Source: Campylobacterota bacterium (lineage in GTDB: Bacteria; Campylobacterota; Campylobacteria; Campylobacterales; Sulfurimonadaceae). Taken from it: a stretch of DNA of 37,725 nucleotides. The first letter of the stretch is position 1. Every line of letters begins with the position of its first letter. Below the pieces are notes generated by a model, which worked only from the letters and a program-made list of their open reading frames with translations, did not search any database and was not told the origin of the DNA. The translations under genes and the position numbers were made by a program. This document shows positions 10,926 through 20,341 of the stretch, one piece after another. Location: assembly GCA_039715155.1 (NCBI GenBank), contig JBDLHW010000001.1:1-37725 (forward strand), given 5' to 3'.

Positions 10926-11489
10926 TTATTTCCTCTTTTTGACTCTAACCATCTCTTTTGTTGGTGTTAAAAGCATATCCCCTACGACATCATATGAGTC
11001 GCAAATATACTCTTTTGTGTGACAAAATTCTTGTTGTATAAAAATTGTATAAGGTCTCTTTTTTAATTTCTCAAAGAAACGATCATACATCCCTTTTCCA
11101 AAACCAACTCTTTGTAAATTTCCATCCACTCCAACAACTGGAACAATGGCGATATCAATTTTATTTATATTTCTATTTGTATTTCCCGCTTCAAAAATAC
11201 CAAATTTCTTTTTCTTAAGCGGCAATCTAAATGGTACCATCTTAAAACTTTCGCCTTGCATAAATGGAATATAAATATCATTTTTTTGTCTCATTTTTGT
11301 GAGAATTTTTAGAATATCCGCTTCCATATTTAAAGGATAGTAAAAAAGTATACTTGCATTCTCTACCCCCTCTAGCTCTTTTAGGAGTCGTCTATTAAGC
11401 AGGGAAGTTCGATAGAGTCTATTGTGCAGAGAAGTATTTTTGAGCTTTTGTAAACAATTTTGTCTAAATATAGTTTTTGTAAGAGGCAT
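10926..11489 (-). CDS. ygfA: 5-formyltetrahydrofolate cyclo-ligase
   Basis: IDIAIVP.VGVD...RVGFGKGMYDRF motif. Confidence 0.9.
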   Translation of the reverse strand: MPLTKTIFRQNCLQKLKNTSLHNRLYRTSLLNRRLLKELEGVENASILFYYPLNMEADILKILTKMRQKNDIYIPFMQGESFKMVPFRLPLKKKKFGIFEAGNTNRNINKIDIAIVPVVGVDGNLQRVGFGKGMYDRFFEKLKKRPYTIFIQQEFCHTKEYICDSYDVVGDMLLTPTKEMVRVKKRK

Positions 11490-11545
11490 GTAAAATCTTT
11501 AAGATATAATTTCAGATATTTTAACATACAAAGGTATAAAACTTC

Positions 11546-12100
11546 ATGCTAAAAACTTTAATTCTACCAACTTTACTTACAATTACTCTATTTTTTCAAG
11601 CTTGCTCTAGCGATTCAGACCAAAATGCCAATGATATGGTTTCATCAAATGAATATATTTTAACTGCCATCAATAATACTCAATACATCGCTAAAAAAGG
11701 ACCAGACGGCTTCAGCGTAGAGAACACTCAAGGAAAAGTAATCATCTTTGATATTTTTGCTACATGGTGCCCACCATGTAAGGCTGCAGCTTCACACCTG
11801 AGCTCACTTCAGGCAAAATATAAAGACAAGCTGGTGATTATCGGTGTGACGATTGAAGATGATATTTTAAATGAAAAACTCCAAGAGTTTAGAGAGATGT
11901 ATGATGCACAATACACACTTGTTAACTCTAAAGATAACCGTCGTTTGGTTGATGATATAGCAGATAGTTTAAAGGTTGGAGAGAGATTTCCTATTCCTTT
12001 AATGGCTATGTATCTAGACGGAAAATTCATAACTCACTATGTTGGTGCGATAGAAGAAGAGTTTATTGAGAGTGACATCAAAAGAGCATTAGGTCTGTAG
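11546..12100 (+). CDS. TlpA/ResA-family thiol-disulfide oxidoreductase lipoprotein
   Basis: Lipobox FQAC; FATWCPPC. Confidence 0.88.
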   Translation: MLKTLILPTLLTITLFFQACSSDSDQNANDMVSSNEYILTAINNTQYIAKKGPDGFSVENTQGKVIIFDIFATWCPPCKAAASHLSSLQAKYKDKLVIIGVTIEDDILNEKLQEFREMYDAQYTLVNSKDNRRLVDDIADSLKVGERFPIPLMAMYLDGKFITHYVGAIEEEFIESDIKRALGL

Positions 12101-12979
12101 ATGTTTGGATTTATAAAAAAATCTCTTGGAAAAACTGTTGATGCGATAAAAACGGTTGCGCCCAAGAAAAAAATCTTTTTTACAAAAGATGAACTCGAAG
12201 ATATTCTGCTTGAGGCAGATGTAGAGTATGATTTAGTTGAGATAATCATAGAGCAGACTTACCAGGAAAAAATCACACGTGAGATTCTTCGCTCAAAACT
12301 TTTAGCAACTCTTGCACATACAAGCTACAAAGAGCCTGAGTTCACTGCTCCGTTTGTGGACCTTGTTGTCGGTGTAAATGGAGCTGGAAAAACCACAACT
12401 ATCTCTAAACTTGCTCTTCGCTATAAAAATGAAGGCAAAAAAGTAATTCTCGGGGCTGGAGATACTTTCCGTGCTGCTGCTATCGAGCAGTTGACACAGT
12501 GGTCACAAAAGCTTGATATTCCAATAGTATCATCGAAACAGGGCCATGACTCCTCAGCAGTTGCATACGATACAATTGATTCAGCAAAATCAAAAGATTT
12601 TGACAATGTAATCATTGATACAGCAGGTCGTCTTCATACTCAGACAAATCTGGCAAATGAGCTTAAAAAGATAAAACGCATCTGTGAAAAAGCTCACGCT
12701 GGCGCACCACACAGAACCATCTTAATTATAGATGGAACACAAGGTAACTCAGCTATCTCTCAAGCAAAAGCATTCAATGAGATGATAGGAATAGATGGAA
12801 TCATCATCACAAAACTTGATGGAACTGCAAAGGGTGGTAGCGTCTTTAGCATTGCCTATGCACTTGAACTTCCTATACTCTACGTAGGAACTGGTGAACA
12901 GCCGGAAAATCTTACACCATTTGACAAATATGAGTTTGTCGATGGCCTGCTTGATGCTCTTTTTGTAGAAGAAGAGTAA
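12101..12979 (+). CDS. ftsY: Signal recognition particle receptor FtsY (short, NG domain only)
   Basis: [32 protein letters not shown]. Confidence 0.97.
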   Translation: MFGFIKKSLGKTVDAIKTVAPKKKIFFTKDELEDILLEADVEYDLVEIIIEQTYQEKITREILRSKLLATLAHTSYKEPEFTAPFVDLVVGVNGAGKTTTISKLALRYKNEGKKVILGAGDTFRAAAIEQLTQWSQKLDIPIVSSKQGHDSSAVAYDTIDSAKSKDFDNVIIDTAGRLHTQTNLANELKKIKRICEKAHAGAPHRTILIIDGTQGNSAISQAKAFNEMIGIDGIIITKLDGTAKGGSVFSIAYALELPILYVGTGEQPENLTPFDKYEFVDGLLDALFVEEE

Positions 12980-12991
12980 AGTCCTACCCTA

Positions 12992-13016
12992 AATATATGG
13001 CAAAATGTCATATATT
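12992..13016 (+). terminator. Stem-loop downstream of ftsY, possible terminator
   Basis: AATATATGGCA-aaa-TGTCATATATT (11-bp stem with one G:U pair); weak U-tract. Confidence 0.4.
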
Positions 13017-13062
13017 CAGATCTTCCCCACTAAACGCACTAAAATACCCTTAATAAATAAAC

Positions 13063-13165
13063 TGCACTAGTGCAATGAGCTTCCTGCTGAAGGAAACTTA
13101 GCGTTAGCGTAGGTAGCGGAATTTACTTCCGATACCGTTATGAATAGATGAAGGGTCTCCTTCAT
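13063..13165. repeat. Relatively GC-rich multi-hairpin intergenic element upstream of radA
   Basis: TGCACTAGTGCA palindrome; TTCCT/AGGAA; GGTAgCGGAA/TTCCGaTACC; ATGAAGG-gtct-CCTTCAT. Confidence 0.5.
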
Positions 13166-13192
13166 TTTATGAAATAAAATTAAGGTAGTATT

Positions 13193-14539
13193 ATGGCGAA
13201 GAAAAAAATACTTTTTGAGTGTCAACACTGTGGACTAACCACTCCCAAATGGATGGGAAAGTGTACAAATTGTGGTGCTTGGGACTCATTTGTAGAACTG
13301 AATGAACATCAACAAGAGGTAGTTAAACAGACAAAGTCAACTTCATCTAAATCTGCTAAAGCACTCAGTATAAACGAAATTGTTGAAGAAGAGGTATTTA
13401 GGTTTAGCTCACTTGACGCTGAACTTGACACTGTTTTAGGTGGTGGAATAGTTCCAGGATCTCTTACTCTGATAGGAGGAAGTCCCGGTGTTGGAAAGTC
13501 TACCCTACTCTTAAAAGTTGGCTCAAACATCGCCTCAACAAATAAAGATGTACTCTATGTAACGGGGGAAGAATCAACTTCTCAGATTAAACTTCGTGCT
13601 AACAGACTCAAATCAAACCATAACTCACTCTATCTTTTGAGTGAGATAAGATTAGAGCAGATACTTGTTGAACTAGAACATAGAGAGTATGACTTTTTAA
13701 TCATAGACTCTATACAAACTATCTACTCTGAAAACATTACCTCTGCACCAGGTTCAGTTACTCAAGTGAGACAGATTACATTTGAGTTAATGAGAATAGC
13801 GAAAGAGAAAGATATCGCAATATTTATCATTGGACACATCACAAAAGAAGGCTCTATTGCAGGGCCTAGAGTTCTTGAACATATGGTAGATACAGTACTT
13901 TACTTTGAGGGTGACAGTTCTCAGGAACTTCGAATACTCAGAGGGTTTAAAAACCGTTTTGGACCTACAAGTGAAATAGGTGTTTTTGAGATGAAATCAG
14001 AAGGCTTAGTATCTGCTACAGATATTGCCTCACGTTTTTTTAATCGTAACTCCGAGCAGCCCGGTTCTGCACTTACAGTTATTATGGAAGGCTCACGTCC
14101 TATTATACTTGAAGTACAAGCACTTGTATCAGAATCACATACACCAAACTCAAAACGCCAAGCCACAGGTTTTGATAATAATCGTCTCAATATGCTTCTT
14201 GCACTTTTAGAGAGAAAACTAGAGATTCCACTCTCAGGTTATGATGTTTATATAAATATTACAGGTGGAATAAAAATTACTGAAACAGCAGCAGATTTAG
14301 CAGTTTTAGCCGCCATAATCAGCAGCTTTCGTGACCGTGCGATATCTAAAGAGACTGTTTTTATAGGTGAAGTTTCACTGGTTGGTGATGTACGTGAGGT
14401 GTATGCACTCGATGCAAGACTTAAAGAGGCAAAAATGCAAAATATCTCTAAAGCACTGGTATCTAAAAAACCTCTTGAGAAGAGTACGATTAAAACTTAT
14501 ATAGTGGATGAAGTCACAAAACTTTTAGAATGGTATTAA
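13193..14539 (+). CDS. radA: DNA repair protein RadA/Sms
   Basis: C4 zinc finger CQHC...CTNC, GSPGVGKST, KNRFG, Lon-like C-terminus. Confidence 0.98.
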   Translation: MAKKKILFECQHCGLTTPKWMGKCTNCGAWDSFVELNEHQQEVVKQTKSTSSKSAKALSINEIVEEEVFRFSSLDAELDTVLGGGIVPGSLTLIGGSPGVGKSTLLLKVGSNIASTNKDVLYVTGEESTSQIKLRANRLKSNHNSLYLLSEIRLEQILVELEHREYDFLIIDSIQTIYSENITSAPGSVTQVRQITFELMRIAKEKDIAIFIIGHITKEGSIAGPRVLEHMVDTVLYFEGDSSQELRILRGFKNRFGPTSEIGVFEMKSEGLVSATDIASRFFNRNSEQPGSALTVIMEGSRPIILEVQALVSESHTPNSKRQATGFDNNRLNMLLALLERKLEIPLSGYDVYINITGGIKITETAADLAVLAAIISSFRDRAISKETVFIGEVSLVGDVREVYALDARLKEAKMQNISKALVSKKPLEKSTIKTYIVDEVTKLLEWY

Positions 14540-14611
14540 ATTCATCGCTAAAAAAGTATTTTTTATCCATAAAAATTGTATAATCTTGAAATATACAACG
14601 AAAGGTAAAAC

Positions 14612-14872
14612 ATGATTGATGCACAATTCCGTAGTGAAGAGAGATATTCAAAAATATCTATAGCATATGAAGGAAAAGAAGAAGGCAGTAAGGTTTGTGG
14701 TGTGATAGATAAAATTACTGGAAAATATGACATGAAACCTGAATCTTACACTTGTAATATATCAAAGGGAAAGGATGTAGTTGTAGTTGAGTATCATGAT
14801 GATACAGATCGTGAAGCGGGCAAAATATTTGAAGAGATTCTTGAAGTTTTAGAAATTAAAGAGTGTCAGTAA
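14612..14872 (+). CDS. Small acidic hypothetical protein
   Basis: 86 aa ORF with AAAGG RBS and upstream TGTATAAT-like -10; function unknown. Confidence 0.7.
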   Translation: MIDAQFRSEERYSKISIAYEGKEEGSKVCGVIDKITGKYDMKPESYTCNISKGKDVVVVEYHDDTDREAGKIFEEILEVLEIKECQ

Positions 14873-14882
14873 TAGTTTATAT

Positions 14883-14908
14883 TAAAAATATTTTAAATAA
14901 TCCGATGT
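14883..14908 (+). promoter_or_regulatory. Putative sigma28 (FliA)-type promoter of fliL
   Basis: TAAA(14883-86)-N14-TCCGATGT(14901-08), 32 bp before a flagellar gene. Confidence 0.4.
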
Positions 14909-14940
14909 ACTAAACATAATAAATAATTCAAGGAAGAATA

Positions 14941-15492
14941 ATGGCTGAAGAAGAAAGCACAGAAGAAGAGCAACAACCAAAAGAAAAAAAATCAAATATG
15001 CTGATGATTATTATCATCATTGTGTTGATACTGATAATTTTAATCGGTGCGACGGTTGGTATTCTGTTAATGAGTGGGGATGATGAAGCTGAAATCTCTT
15101 CACCACCACCAGCTCAAGAGAGAACTGTGTCAAAATCAAAAAGAAGCAGTTCTAGCAGTAACTATGATGAATCTAGACAACTGAGTGAGATTGGAATTCT
15201 ATATCCACTTGACACTTTTACAGTTAACCTAAAAAGTGATGCCGGTAGAAGATACCTAAAAGTTACTATGTCTTTAGAGCTTGAAGGTGAAGAGCTGAGT
15301 CTGGAACTAGATGCAAAATCACCAGTTATAAGAGATAGAGTTATTAGGATACTGACATCTAAAACTCTTGAAGAGATATCATCTAAAAAAGGGAAACAGA
15401 AAGTCTCTTCTCAAATCATGGACACATTAAACTCAATGATATCCGATGGTACAATCAGAGGTATCTACTTTACTGAATTTGTTATCCAGTAA
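14941..15492 (+). CDS. fliL: Flagellar basal body-associated protein FliL
   Basis: Acidic N-terminus, single TM, FTVNL...RYLK, IRDRVI, IYFTEFVIQ. Confidence 0.93.
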   Translation: MAEEESTEEEQQPKEKKSNMLMIIIIIVLILIILIGATVGILLMSGDDEAEISSPPPAQERTVSKSKRSSSSSNYDESRQLSEIGILYPLDTFTVNLKSDAGRRYLKVTMSLELEGEELSLELDAKSPVIRDRVIRILTSKTLEEISSKKGKQKVSSQIMDTLNSMISDGTIRGIYFTEFVIQ

Positions 15493-15843
15493 ATGATTGG
15501 AATAGACCTAATTAAGACCTCACGCATGAATCGCTTGATGGAGCGATTCGGCGAAAAAGCCCTCCAAAAATTTCTCTGTGAAAATGAAATCTCTCTTGTA
15601 AAAAATCATAAAACTGCAGCTGGTTTTTGGGCTGTTAAAGAGGCTTTTTCCAAAGCTTTAGGTGTTGGTATTGGAAGCGAGTGCAGTTTTCACGATATAG
15701 AGATTTCTAAAACACCAAAAGGTGCCCCAAAAATAGATTTATCAAACAAAATTCTTACTGCGTTTAATATAAAAGACACAAGTGTGTCGATTACTCATGA
15801 TGGAGAATATGCTATAGCTGTTGTAGCTATTGAAAAAGCTTAA
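15493..15843 (+). CDS. acpS: Holo-ACP synthase
   Basis: [32 protein letters not shown]. Confidence 0.95.
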   Translation: MIGIDLIKTSRMNRLMERFGEKALQKFLCENEISLVKNHKTAAGFWAVKEAFSKALGVGIGSECSFHDIEISKTPKGAPKIDLSNKILTAFNIKDTSVSITHDGEYAIAVVAIEKA

Positions 15844-16044
15844 TCAGCCACCACCTACAAAATCAAGAAGTTCCAGTTTGTCACCATCATTTAACTTATA
15901 ACTATTCCAAGAGTCTTGTTTTACAATCTCCATATTAACAGCAGCAGCCATCACTTTCCCCTCTAATGACAACTCTTTCAATATCTCTAAAAGTGTACTC
16001 TCACTCTTAAACTCTCTATTTTCACCATTAACTACAATCTTCAT
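15844..16044 (-). CDS. thiS: Sulfur carrier protein ThiS
   Basis: 66 aa, MKIVVNGE, C-terminal FVGGG. Confidence 0.92.
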   Translation of the reverse strand: MKIVVNGENREFKSESTLLEILKELSLEGKVMAAAVNMEIVKQDSWNSYKLNDGDKLELLDFVGGG

Positions 16045-16161
16045 ATTTTCTCTTTTGTATATATTTAACTATTATTTTCGTAATTGTATCGATATTTATT
16101 GAATATATCATCAATACTTGATATACTAAGTACAAAATAAAGAAAAATTAAAGTGTGAGCT

Positions 16162-16902
16162 ATGATAAATTCTAAAGAACTCCTTGGATATACACAAAAC
16201 CTCTCTATACTGTTTGTTGAAGATCATGATGAACTGAGAATGAATACTGACTCTATTTTAAAAAACTTTTTTAAAGAAGTAGCAAGTGCACAGAATGGTC
16301 AAGAGGCACTCAAGAGCTATCTAAACTATACTAAAGAAAATGATGGTAAATATTACGACATAGTTTTAACAGATATAAAAATGCCAAAAATGGATGGAGT
16401 TGAGCTAACTAAGCATATATATGAGACTAACCCTTCACAGGCTTTAATAGTACTCTCAGCATTTGATGATTCTAAATATCTGCTGCCATTAATCAATTTA
16501 GGGATAGAACAGTTTTTGAAAAAACCATTAGACTTTCAAGAATTACTTGAAATTTTATTAAGAACATCTAAAAAGATAACAAATACAGTGCCTAAAAACC
16601 ATAGCAGCACTATAAAAATAGATGAATCTTTTACATATGATAGAGATAGCAAATCCCTACTAAATGACAAAAGCAATGTCTATTTAACAAAATATGAGAT
16701 TCTTTTTATACAACAACTCACTACAAACTTGGGGAAGATATATTCAAGTGAAGATATAGTTAACAACTATTTATCATTGGGTGAAAACATAGATGCACAA
16801 AATATAAGAAAGCTAGTCTCTAAACTAAGAAAAAAATTACCTGAAGATTCATTGGAAAGTATTTATGGGGTTGGGTATAGATTTATACCATTTTACGATT
16901 AA
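16162..16902 (+). CDS. OmpR-family response regulator (no cognate kinase in window)
   Basis: VEDH, DIKMPKMDG receiver motifs; wHTH C-terminus SKLRKKL..SIYGVGY. Confidence 0.9.
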   Translation: MINSKELLGYTQNLSILFVEDHDELRMNTDSILKNFFKEVASAQNGQEALKSYLNYTKENDGKYYDIVLTDIKMPKMDGVELTKHIYETNPSQALIVLSAFDDSKYLLPLINLGIEQFLKKPLDFQELLEILLRTSKKITNTVPKNHSSTIKIDESFTYDRDSKSLLNDKSNVYLTKYEILFIQQLTTNLGKIYSSEDIVNNYLSLGENIDAQNIRKLVSKLRKKLPEDSLESIYGVGYRFIPFYD

Positions 16903-16910
16903 GTAACAAG

Positions 16911-16955
16911 TGGTGGGTCCTATGTGACTCGAACACATGACCACTCCGTTATGAG
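16911..16955 (-). pseudogene. 3' half of a tRNA with CAT anticodon (Ile2- or Met-type), attR-like fragment, copy 1
   Basis: Minus strand CTCATAA-CGGAG-TGGTC-ATGTG-TTCGAGT-CACAT-AGGACCC-A-CCA; the 5' anticodon stem, D-arm and 5' acceptor strand are absent. Confidence 0.9.
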
Positions 16956-17047
16956 AGCTTAAAATATCGCTCACAACCCCTATAAATAGGGGTTTAAAAT
17001 TTTACTGTAACCGCAGATAACCGCTTTTTGTTGCAGAATGGTAACAC
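16949..17047. repeat. att-like repeat copy 1 (core TTATGAG plus ~92-bp arm)
   Basis: Palindrome AACCCCTAT-aa-ATAGGGGTT (16975-94), GGGTTTAAAATTTTACTG, tandem TAACCGC x2; aligns with 19071 and 20880. Confidence 0.9.
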
Positions 17048-17219
17048 TTAAATCATTAAAAGCCAAATGTATAATACAAAATTATTACATATCAGATTTA
17101 AAGTAACTAATGCTGATTCAAGAGTAAAGTTTCTATCTAATGGTAAACAATAAATTTTTCCATCTTCATTGTTTATTATATTACAATACAAATCTAATGA
17201 AAGGTCTAAAATACTTTCT

Positions 17220-17735
17220 TTATTCTTTGCGTGGTATAAAGTGCAGGTCTTCAACAATACCAGTTTCTTCATTTATGAGTAACCATAACCTGTCTATATA
17301 TAAGCTACTTTTTTCATATACAGGAACGCCAATTACTATAGCATAGTGGCTACTTTTTGCATAATAATAAAAGTAAACTCTATGAATATCTGTTATTTTA
17401 TTGCGTGTAGAAAATATTTCGAAAAATGCATCTGGCATCTGTCGTATAACTTCATCTGATGATATAGCTACACCACTACGAATTCCAGAACTTTTCCATT
17501 TGGCAGGTTGATATATATATAATGGTTCTTCTTTTATTGCTATTGCCCTAGGAGGCCCAAATAAACCAAAAATCTCATCTTTAGTTGTTGTTCCTATTTT
17601 AATCTGGCTAATACTTTTTGACTCAAACTTGGAACCTGTTATCATAGGAGGAGCATAAGCGCAACCAGACATTACTAATAAAATAACATACAAAATAAAC
17701 ACCTTGTACACTATGGGATGTCTCAGGTCATTCAC
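17220..17735 (-). CDS. Lipoprotein with SmpA/OmlA (BamE)-like domain, paralog 2
   Basis: GTG start overlapping the upstream TGA; lipobox MSGC; IKIGTTTKDEIFGLFGPP. Confidence 0.75.
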   Translation of the reverse strand: MNDLRHPIVYKVFILYVILLVMSGCAYAPPMITGSKFESKSISQIKIGTTTKDEIFGLFGPPRAIAIKEEPLYIYQPAKWKSSGIRSGVAISSDEVIRQMPDAFFEIFSTRNKITDIHRVYFYYYAKSSHYAIVIGVPVYEKSSLYIDRLWLLINEETGIVEDLHFIPRKE

Positions 17736-18205
17736 TTTTCTTCCTTAAATATATAATCCTCTACTTTTTTAGTTCTCTCATTTATTAGTATCCAAAGCCT
17801 CTCAAATGTAGTCTCAGATGAACCATGTCCTATGATGGGTAAAAGTATTGCTACATCTAGTCCAGATTGCGTGATAGAGTGATAATAATATACCATATAC
17901 TCTTCACCCAATGTTTGCTTCATGCTAAAGAGCTCTAGAAATACTTCTGGTTGCTTTGCATCTGCACTACCAGTAGAAGGATTTGGTATATACATCACAG
18001 AACCATTTTTACGAGCAATAGCAGTTGGGGGACCAAGTACATCAATAACTTCCTGTTTACTCATTTCATTAAGCTTAATATTCTTGAACTTTTTAACATC
18101 AAGTTGTCCACCATATTCTTCTTTATATCCTACAACTGCACATCCATGGAATAACTGCAAAACGAATATAAATAATATAATTTTATTAATGCTATTTTTT
18201 TCCAT
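17732..18205 (-). CDS. Lipoprotein with SmpA/OmlA (BamE)-like domain, paralog 1
   Basis: Lipobox FHGC; IKLNEMSKQEVIDVLGPP; shares GPP.AIA.K, P..F.E.FS and LW.LINE.T..VED with its neighbour. Confidence 0.75.
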   Translation of the reverse strand: MEKNSINKIILFIFVLQLFHGCAVVGYKEEYGGQLDVKKFKNIKLNEMSKQEVIDVLGPPTAIARKNGSVMYIPNPSTGSADAKQPEVFLELFSMKQTLGEEYMVYYYHSITQSGLDVAILLPIIGHGSSETTFERLWILINERTKKVEDYIFKEEK

Positions 18206-18884
18206 TATAATTTTCCTTATATTTAGTTTGAGCTTTTAATACGGACTTTACAGATGGTATAATATTTTCAACAGTGATTTTTGCAATATAATGTTGATCA
18301 CCAAGGCTAGCACCACCAGTCTGCTCAAGTGTTGGGAAACCAGTCTGTTGAATTGTTGCTAAAATAGATTGATTGTGAACATCAAAAATCAATATCTCTA
18401 TTATCCCATACTTTGATGGTCCAATTCTTCGTATTATTATGTAACCAGTCATTATATAATCTACATCAAGTTTCTTGCCTATTTTTGTTAAGTCTTCTAT
18501 TGAGAAGGTCTCTACTTGATAAGTATTTTCTGTTCCTATAAGCTCTTTTTTTTGTGAAGAAGGTACAATATAGTTTGACCCAACATTGTTAATTAATGTC
18601 AAATACTCTCTGGATGTAAGAAACATCATCTCTCTTTTTAGTGTTATTTCTACCATTGCCGGTAAAAACAGTGTTTGCTCAATTTTGTCTTTTAACTTAT
18701 ATGCGAACCATTCAGTTGAGGCTCTTCTTATATGGGTATCTCCTGTAAATGGTAGCAGTGCTATTTTTGCGGTTTTTGAAATATTTTGCTCTGAATAGAG
18801 TTCAATATTTTTTATATTAATAGTACACCCTGAGATAAAAAGAAATAGTGTAAATGTAAACAATAGCTGAACTGAATACTTCAT
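18192..18884 (-). CDS. Lipoprotein, possible CsgG/LpoB/TolB-N-like alpha/beta fold (start revised to ATG 18884, 230 aa)
   Basis: GGAGGTGG RBS before MKYS...; lipobox ISGC; KIALLPF and IGKKLDVDYIMTG motifs. Confidence 0.65.
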   Translation of the reverse strand: MKYSVQLLFTFTLFLFISGCTINIKNIELYSEQNISKTAKIALLPFTGDTHIRRASTEWFAYKLKDKIEQTLFLPAMVEITLKREMMFLTSREYLTLINNVGSNYIVPSSQKKELIGTENTYQVETFSIEDLTKIGKKLDVDYIMTGYIIIRRIGPSKYGIIEILIFDVHNQSILATIQQTGFPTLEQTGGASLGDQHYIAKITVENIIPSVKSVLKAQTKYKENYNGKK

Positions 18885-18908
18885 ATATCCCACCTCCCAG
18901 TGCTTTTG

Positions 18909-18954
18909 TTTAAGTCTAAGTATTAGATTATATCTTATTAGCATTTAAGTCTAA
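18909..18954 (-). promoter_or_regulatory. Putative promoter of the lipoprotein cassette, flanked by 11-bp direct repeats
   Basis: TATAAT on minus strand (18927-32); TTTAAGTCTAA at 18909-19 and 18944-54. Confidence 0.45.
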
Positions 18955-19070
18955 ATAATAGTATTTATTTTACATTATGTTGAATACATGTTACAAAATG
19001 GTCACACATTCTAAATACAAAAGCCACTAAAGCCGTATATTACGTACTTTATAGAAATATAGCCCCTCCA

Positions 19071-19169
19071 TTATGAGAGCCAAAATTATCTCTCAGAAGC
19101 CCTAAATATAGGGGTTTAAAATTTTACTGTCACCGCAGATAACCGCTTTTAGCAGCAAAATCGTGACAA
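19071..19169. repeat. att-like repeat copy 2 (core plus arm, no tRNA half; attP-like junction)
   Basis: TTATGAGAGC...GGGGTTTAAAATTTTACTGTCACCGCAGATAACCGCTTTT; colinear with copy 1; left flank CCCCTCCA only partly resembles the tRNA CCACTCCG. Confidence 0.88.
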
Positions 19170-19186
19170 CTATATATGCTTACAAG

Positions 19187-20341
19187 TTATTTAACTAAAG
19201 TAAAAACTTCAATAAGCTTTTGTAAAATTTCTTTTTTGTCTATATCATCTTCTAAATTAAGTCTCTTTTGTATCTCACAGGAAACATCTTTTATAGCATT
19301 TACACACTCATTAAAATATTTACTAGCTTCTTTTGACATTAGATTACAGTTTTGTATTCCAAACTTTAGAAGATGCTCTTTAGGCCACCACTTTTTACTA
19401 CCCATAAGATTCAGAGCTTGAATATCATTTTTGATATATACAGTCGTTGATACGACATCATATGCAGGAGCTAATTTAATATCATCTATACCATCATAGA
19501 TTAGTCCAAAGTTTTTAAGATGTGCATCACCATTTTGCACTAAAGTATTAATAACAATCATTTTATAAAACTGTATCAATGAAGCTTTTTTATGTTTTGG
19601 TGAGACAAAAGTCTTAATTGTTTTTGCTATCTGCTCATAGGTTCCATCATATTTATCATCTCTTTGTTTTGCTTGAAGAACACACATATCTTCAAATCCA
19701 AGGTAGTCTCCATCCTCTTTAACATCAAAACGTTTCATAATAAATAGTTTATCATCATCAGAGATGAAAAACTCAGGTACAGGAATATTTGCATTCTGTA
19801 TGATTTTCATACAATAGAATTCATTGAGTGCTAGTTCTTTATATTCATTTCCCCAAGACTTTACAATATAATCATCAAGCTTCAGTGTGGCTTTATTCTC
19901 TACTCTTGCTAATACTTTTGGCTGCACACCACTAAGAGCAGAAGAAAGAGCAAATCTTGAAACCAACTCATCAAATAGATTATCACTCTTTGGATGGAGT
20001 AAATCATCAAGCATTAAAACATCATTTTGCGGATTTTTATCCGAGTGATATGTTATTCTACCTTTAATTGAGGGAGACATGATATTTAAAAGACCAAAGT
20101 CATCTGTCTTTGTAAGTTTTGAAAAATGTTTTTTTATAATTGATAGAAGATAACCTTCTGGTAAATGCATCTCAAATATTGGATGTAGTTTATTATGAAT
20201 ATAATCTTTTGCTCTTACAGGCATAGTAAGTGATATAAAATGTTTTTTTTCTTTACTTGTATAACGATAGATATATTCATTCTCTTCATAAATGATTTCT
20301 CCTGTAGTATCTCCATCAATTTTTATATTTAATTTATCCAT
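19187..20341 (-). CDS. hipA: HipA-family Ser/Thr kinase toxin
   Basis: ISLTMP and HLPEG N-terminal subdomain, ALSGVQPK, MKRFD, GDAHLKNF, LAPAYD. Confidence 0.93.
   Translation of the reverse strand: MDKLNIKIDGDTTGEIIYEENEYIYRYTSKEKKHFISLTMPVRAKDYIHNKLHPIFEMHLPEGYLLSIIKKHFSKLTKTDDFGLLNIMSPSIKGRITYHSDKNPQNDVLMLDDLLHPKSDNLFDELVSRFALSSALSGVQPKVLARVENKATLKLDDYIVKSWGNEYKELALNEFYCMKIIQNANIPVPEFFISDDDKLFIMKRFDVKEDGDYLGFEDMCVLQAKQRDDKYDGTYEQIAKTIKTFVSPKHKKASLIQFYKMIVINTLVQNGDAHLKNFGLIYDGIDDIKLAPAYDVVSTTVYIKNDIQALNLMGSKKWWPKEHLLKFGIQNCNLMSKEASKYFNECVNAIKDVSCEIQKRLNLEDDIDKKEILQKLIEVFTLVK

Larger units (their letters stand above)
16949..19077 (-). mobile_element. Integrase-less cassette A (three lipoprotein genes) bounded by TTATGAG core direct repeats
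   Basis: Core repeats at 16949-55 and 19071-77 (2122 bp apart); no mobility gene inside. Confidence 0.65.

Noticed and set aside
11490-11545. 6S RNA upstream of 5-formyltetrahydrofolate cyclo-ligase
   Set aside because: The spacer is only 56 bp and AT-rich, too short for 6S RNA; it looks like a divergent promoter region.
15493-15843. acpS as the dedicated PPTase of the BGC
   Set aside because: It sits in the core fliL-acpS context on the other side of the att array; proximity is probably coincidental.
16911-16990. Intact tRNA-Met/Ile gene
   Set aside because: Only the anticodon loop to CCA is present. The expected CGGAG continuation (plus strand), D-arm and 5' acceptor strand are missing here and at 20842.
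17048-17272. 74-aa minus-strand ORF as a fourth cassette gene
   Set aside because: It overlaps the lipoprotein gene by 53 bp, with no evident RBS or recognisable motif.
18885-18944. N-terminal 20 aa of the 250-aa ORF
   Set aside because: The strong RBS and lipoprotein signal begin at ATG 18884; the extension covers the promoter region.
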